The position numbers and the translations under genes were made by a program. A stretch of 64,000 nt of DNA, from contig JAGOQU010000005.1 of NCBI GenBank assembly GCA_018063165.1, forward strand, positions 1,674-65,673, written 5' to 3'. Below are positions 60,613 to 64,000 of this stretch, piece after piece (the first letter of the stretch is position 1; each line of letters opens with the position of its first letter). This DNA is from Minisyncoccota bacterium. Lineage in GTDB: Bacteria > Patescibacteriota > Minisyncoccia > Phycocordibacterales > UBA5272. Under the pieces are notes generated by a model, which saw only the letters and a list, made by a program, of their open reading frames with translations, was not told the origin of the DNA and made no database searches.

Positions 60613-61418
60613 TCAAAAACTTTAGACAACATAGCGCTAAAATCAGGGTTTGTTTTTGGATTTGGTATAGCAACTATCCCATAACCAATAGAACTACCAT
60701 CTTTTTTACTTCTTCTAACTTTATTTCTTAGATATTGTGAGTAAATGTCTGTGGAGGTTTTATATTCTCTTAGTGTCCCACTTATTGCACCGATAATAAA
60801 ATCTGCAATCTGGATACCAATATTTAAATTTGAAAATTCAATAAAGAGGTTATCAACAATGAGATTGTAATCTTTTATAAAGGAATCACTGTTAATTATT
60901 TCTTTGTAAACTTCTTTTTTAATTTTATCATCCTTAGATGAATTTTCGTTTTCATGGACAAGAATTGTTACAAAATGATTTTCCTGCCCAGCGAACTGAC
61001 ACCTCTGCATAAGATTTTGGAGTTGCATTTTTACAAAAGAATCTTGTCTTTTAATTACTTTTATTAAATCGCTTTTTCTTGAGACATTAGTAACTATTTT
61101 TATATCAAAATCAGAAATAATTTTAAAAAATGAATCTAGATACTCATGCAATTCTTTAATGCTAAATTTATCAAGGTAAAGAATGTCCTCATTAAGAGCT
61201 TTATTTTTATTTTTTAAAAAAATTGCAGATGAAATATGAGACCACTTTATTTCTTTTGTTTCTTTAAGAAAATCAAGATTAAGTTTCTTTATTTTCTTAT
61301 TTAGTTTTAAATAGTCATGAATATCAATCATGTAACCTCCTCTCAGTAACCACTCGTGATCATTGTTAAGTGTTCCTTGTTCATCTATAAAGAAAAATTT
61401 GGTTGTGTTATTTATCAT
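60609..61418 (-). CDS. DUF3800-like protein
   Basis: N-terminal FFIDEQGTL (DUF3800 starts with a similar I/YxDESG). 269 aa. Confidence 0.45.
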   Translation of the reverse strand: MINNTTKFFFIDEQGTLNNDHEWLLRGGYMIDIHDYLKLNKKIKKLNLDFLKETKEIKWSHISSAIFLKNKNKALNEDILYLDKFSIKELHEYLDSFFKIISDFDIKIVTNVSRKSDLIKVIKRQDSFVKMQLQNLMQRCQFAGQENHFVTILVHENENSSKDDKIKKEVYKEIINSDSFIKDYNLIVDNLFIEFSNLNIGIQIADFIIGAISGTLREYKTSTDIYSQYLRNKVRRSKKDGSSIGYGIVAIPNPKTNPDFSAMLSKVFD

Positions 61419-61542
61419 AAAGACATTTTACTCTTTCTAAAACAAAACACACGAAGCGTCGTGTGTTTTGCGATAACTTATGTACTCGGATCGCTACCAT
61501 CTCGTGAGAATATGGGAACACTCCGATACTAAGTTGTCAAGG

Positions 61543-61630
61543 CGGAGACGATGAGATTCGAACTCATGAGGGTATTACTACCCTGCCTCGTTAGCAGTGA
61601 GGTGCCTTCGACCAGCTCAGCCACGTCTCC
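61543..61630 (-). tRNA. tRNA-Ser(GCT)
   Basis: Reverse complement GGAGACGTGGCTGAGCTGGTCGAAGGCACCTCACTGCTAACGAGG + long variable arm CAGGGTAGTAATACCCTCATG + AGTTCGAATCTCATCGTCTCC. Confidence 0.75.
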
Positions 61631-61699
61631 ATTCTGTTATTTTTTCTACCGACAATTATTCGTACACGTTTTTATAGTTGTGACGACCAGACTCGCATC

Positions 61700-61754
61700 C
61701 TAAAACTGCTGTTTTCGGATATCTTCGAAGCCAAGCTTCTCGAGCCACGTCTCC
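61700..61754 (-). repeat. partial copy of the tRNA-Ser 5' end linked to conserved motif
   Basis: Minus-strand read GGAGACGTGGCTCGAGAAGCTTGGCTTCGAAGATATCCGAAAACAGCAG. The first 13 nt equal the tRNA-Ser 5' end. The remainder parallels the 139-bp repeat units at 19749-20026. Confidence 0.5.
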
Positions 61755-61942
61755 CTATTTTTTGCATAAAAATCCCGTCAAAATTAGCAAATTTTGACGT
61801 AACTTACTAGCTCACTTCCACATTCTTAAACTTAACATTTCAATGTAACTCAATATACCTAACAAAAACATTCTATCATATTTAACTATAGCTTTCTATT
61901 GTTTTATTACGTATACTTATACTATACAAACTAAAAAATTTT

Positions 61943-62248
61943 ATGAAAGAATTTATTACATTTATACGTGAGAAAGGTGTACTTGGTCTTGCTGTTGGTA
62001 TTATCATGGGTGGCGCTGTTACAAAATTGGTTACGAGTATCGTAGACAATCTTATCAATCCACTCATAGGTGCAGTAACCGGTGCGGCAGGAAGCCTTAT
62101 AACATTAGAATACACCGTTCCTCTAACTACAATTAGCTTTAAGTATGGTGCTTTTATTTCAAGTTTAATTGATTTTATCGCTGTACTTGCTGTGGTATAT
62201 TTTGTTTTTGTTAAATCTCCTATTAATAAAATAGACAAAAAAGATTAG
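61943..62248 (+). CDS. mscL: large-conductance mechanosensitive channel
   Basis: FIREKGVLGLAVGIIMGGAVTKLVTSIVDNLINPLIG: MscL TM1 and signature. 101 aa. Terminator hairpin at 62262-62298. Confidence 0.85.
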   Translation: MKEFITFIREKGVLGLAVGIIMGGAVTKLVTSIVDNLINPLIGAVTGAAGSLITLEYTVPLTTISFKYGAFISSLIDFIAVLAVVYFVFVKSPINKIDKKD

Positions 62249-62332
62249 AAATACAAACCTATACCAAAAAGAACAGTACATTTGTACTGTTCTTTTTGTT
62301 TTACTCTGGTATTGAGTACGAGACGATACATT

Positions 62333-62869
62333 TTAATCTGTATCAGTCTCGATCATATTCATAATTGCGAAAACTTCATCAGGATAACTTGGAAGTACTG
62401 TACCATTATAATAATACAATTTTTGCATAGTAGTTTTTCCTGCATAATAACTAGCTGTACGAGGCGCAGCACCACCTAAATTCTTACCGAGAGATTCAAT
62501 AGCTTGTTCATAACTTACGAAATTATGTAACTTACATGACCCCCAACCAAATGGATTGTTTCCACAAGCTTGCTTACCACCAGAAGATTCACGAACAGAA
62601 ATGGCTGGAAGAAGTCTCCAATCAAGACCATATTTTTCGGCAACAAGTATAAACGTCATACCTGTTCCTTCAAGGGGCATATTACGACGCTTAAAAAAAG
62701 AATCTATTTTTTCAGCTTTCTCTTTACGTAAATCGTTCACAGAGATCTCAACCTTTGTTACTGGGTTGATATCAAGGGAACCAATATGTGAGGATAATGA
62801 GACACTTGGTATTGCCATAAATGGAACAAATGCAAGCATCCGAGTAACCTTATAAATATTTTTTATCAT
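62333..62869 (-). CDS. glucosaminidase-domain (FlgJ/mannosyl-glycoprotein endo-beta-N-acetylglucosaminidase-like) protein
   Basis: LLPAISVRESSGGKQACGNNPFGWGS matches the glucosaminidase catalytic region pattern. N-terminal signal/TM. Confidence 0.5.
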   Translation of the reverse strand: MIKNIYKVTRMLAFVPFMAIPSVSLSSHIGSLDINPVTKVEISVNDLRKEKAEKIDSFFKRRNMPLEGTGMTFILVAEKYGLDWRLLPAISVRESSGGKQACGNNPFGWGSCKLHNFVSYEQAIESLGKNLGGAAPRTASYYAGKTTMQKLYYYNGTVLPSYPDEVFAIMNMIETDTD

Positions 62870-63143
62870 AATTGCGGTGATTACGCTTCACCAACGATTC
62901 GAATCTGGAATTTTAGTAAAAAATAAAATACCTACTTGGTAATTTATTGACTTTTTACTTTAATATTGTGTAATGTAATTATAGCACCTTTAGAAGCAAA
63001 AGTCAAGCATTACACAATAAAATAACAGTAGATGTCAATAGTATTGACTAAAAAAAGCCTATTTTACAACACTTTCTTGCAAAAGGACAAAAAGTGTGTT
63101 ATTATTGATTTTGTATAATTTTAATAAATATACACTACTCTAT

Positions 63144-63215
63144 GGCCTCATCGTCTATCGGCTAGGACACAGGCTTCTCATGCCTGGAAGCGGAGTTCGA
63201 TTCTCCGTGAGGTCA
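63144..63215 (+). tRNA. tRNA-Glu(CTC)
   Basis: GGCCTCATCGTCTATCGGCTAGGACACAGGCTTCTCATGCCTGGAAGCGGAGTTCGATTCTCCGTGAGGTCA: anticodon stem CAGGC/GCCTG, loop TTCTCAT. Confidence 0.75.
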
Positions 63216-63225
63216 CACATCCACA

Positions 63226-63258
63226 AAAATACACAGATTCTTTCTGTGTATTTTTGTT
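63226..63258 (+). terminator. terminator after tRNA-Glu
   Basis: aaaaatacacaga-ttcttt-ctgtgtatttttg. Confidence 0.7.
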
Positions 63259-63276
63259 GACTGTAATCAAAAGAAG

Positions 63277-63378
63277 TAAGTGGCCTACGTCACTTACGGG
63301 AGAATCGAATACGATGTCGCGAAACCAACTCGAGGAGTTTATGACGAGGAGTTCCATATCCGTTCTCCGTAGGGTCAC
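63277..63378 (+). repeat. tRNA-linked structured element downstream of tRNA-Glu
   Basis: Hairpin gtaagtgGCCTACGtcacttac, then acgggagaatcgaatacgatgtcgcgaaaccaactcgaggagtttatgacgaggagtt, then ccatatccgttctccgtagggtcaca mimicking the tRNA-Glu 3' end gattctccgtgaggtcaca. Confidence 0.55.
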
Positions 63379-63523
63379 AAAACTTGACAAATATACAAAA
63401 AAGAGTAGTGTGAAAAATACCAAAAGTTGTTATTTTTTGTACCATTAAAATACACAAATACACTTCTTTGGACATGTTCTTTAACATAGAAAATAGTGCC
63501 TAAATGGCGTAGAAAGGTTTGTT

Positions 63524-64000
63524 ATGGCTAAGTTTTTAATGTTACCTGTCATTCTTTCAACATTACTTATAGCATGTGGTGGAGGAGGAAGTGAACAAGT
63601 AACCCCTGTTACACCGCCCGTTGTAACTCCAGAACCGTTACCAATAGTAACGATGATGGCTACACCTGATTCGTGTATTATTCCTGTTAATAAAGGATCT
63701 TGTTCTGTTTCTGTTACGTACAGTACAGTAAATAGTTCAAACGTTTCACTATTTTCGGAACAAGGCGCTGTGTTGTCTACTAATTTAAATGACACAATAC
63801 CTGTTGCAGTTATCAATGGAAATAACGTTTTTACGCTTAATACCAAAGGTAATAGTGGTTCTGTTGTTACATCTCTTACAGTGAAAGGCTCTTGTGAAGT
63901 ACCAAGTATTCTTGATACAGTAACTTCAGTATGCATAATACCTCCAAATATTTGCGATGAAGGTAAAACATGGAATACCGCTTTAAAAAGCTGTATCGCT
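63524..64000 (+). CDS. lipoprotein (partial, continues beyond the window)
   Basis: MAKFLMLPVILSTLLIACGGGG: signal peptide with lipobox L-I-A-C. Open reading frame to the window end. Preferred over the antisense ORF 63481-63936. Confidence 0.5.
   Translation, partial: MAKFLMLPVILSTLLIACGGGGSEQVTPVTPPVVTPEPLPIVTMMATPDSCIIPVNKGSCSVSVTYSTVNSSNVSLFSEQGAVLSTNLNDTIPVAVINGNNVFTLNTKGNSGSVVTSLTVKGSCEVPSILDTVTSVCIIPPNICDEGKTWNTALKSCIA

Larger units (their letters stand above)
45700..61640. mobile_element. phage-like accessory island / integrative element (boundaries approximate)
   Basis: Contiguous block of a LexA/CI-like repressor, TIR-like operon, ParB-MTase and orphan MTase, many small hypothetical genes, DGR, type III R-M, large serine recombinase and DUF3800. 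Ends at tRNA-Ser(GCT). No structural phage genes seen. Confidence 0.45.

Noticed and set aside
61882-62238. 118-aa minus-strand ORF
   Set aside because: Antisense to the well-supported mscL gene.
63481-63936. 151-aa minus-strand ORF
   Set aside because: Antisense to a plus-strand ORF with an ideal lipoprotein signal peptide (LIAC lipobox) that runs to the window end.

Overview
This is a low-GC (~one third G+C by eye) bacterial chromosomal segment. The gene content looks like Candidate Phyla Radiation / Patescibacteria. The core region (1-45.6 kb) carries eight tRNA genes (one cut by the window edge), housekeeping genes (topA, dprA, rel/spoT, parB, miaA, gatB, obg, ligA, rluA-family, fur-family regulator), and a complete type IV pilus / competence cluster: pilM-N-O, pilB-T-C, pilD, major pilin, four minor pilins including a ~590-aa repeat-bearing pseudopilin, and comFC. 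The right third (about 45.8-61.6 kb) is an accessory, phage-like island. It holds a LexA-like repressor in a tight operon with a ThsB-like TIR-domain protein and a 4-TM protein, a ParB-nuclease::DNA-methyltransferase fusion and a second orphan methyltransferase, a diversity-generating retroelement (GC-rich target gene with a C-terminal VR, a TR 505 bp downstream with adenine-specific mismatches, an Avd-like ORF, and a reverse transcriptase with the IGNLTSQ motif), a type III restriction-modification system (mod+res), a large serine recombinase, a DUF3800 protein and tRNA-Ser. A second, non-protein signal recurs at every tRNA locus in the window. It is a family of ~80-110 nt structured elements: a hairpin with a constant CCTGCG-like loop and covarying stem, a CGCGAA box, a second covarying hairpin, and a copy of the neighbouring tRNA's 3' end. 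Each follows a tRNA gene and is followed by its own terminator hairpin. Partial 5'-end copies of tRNA-Leu(CAA) and tRNA-Ser, linked to a conserved motif, lie upstream of those genes. Also notable: a GNAT-GNAT-ASCH fusion gene (GC-enriched) next to a standalone ASCH gene and an ASCH 3' pseudogene fragment, a Tyr/Gln-rich secreted mini-protein, and a tandem paralog pair with paralogous terminators.
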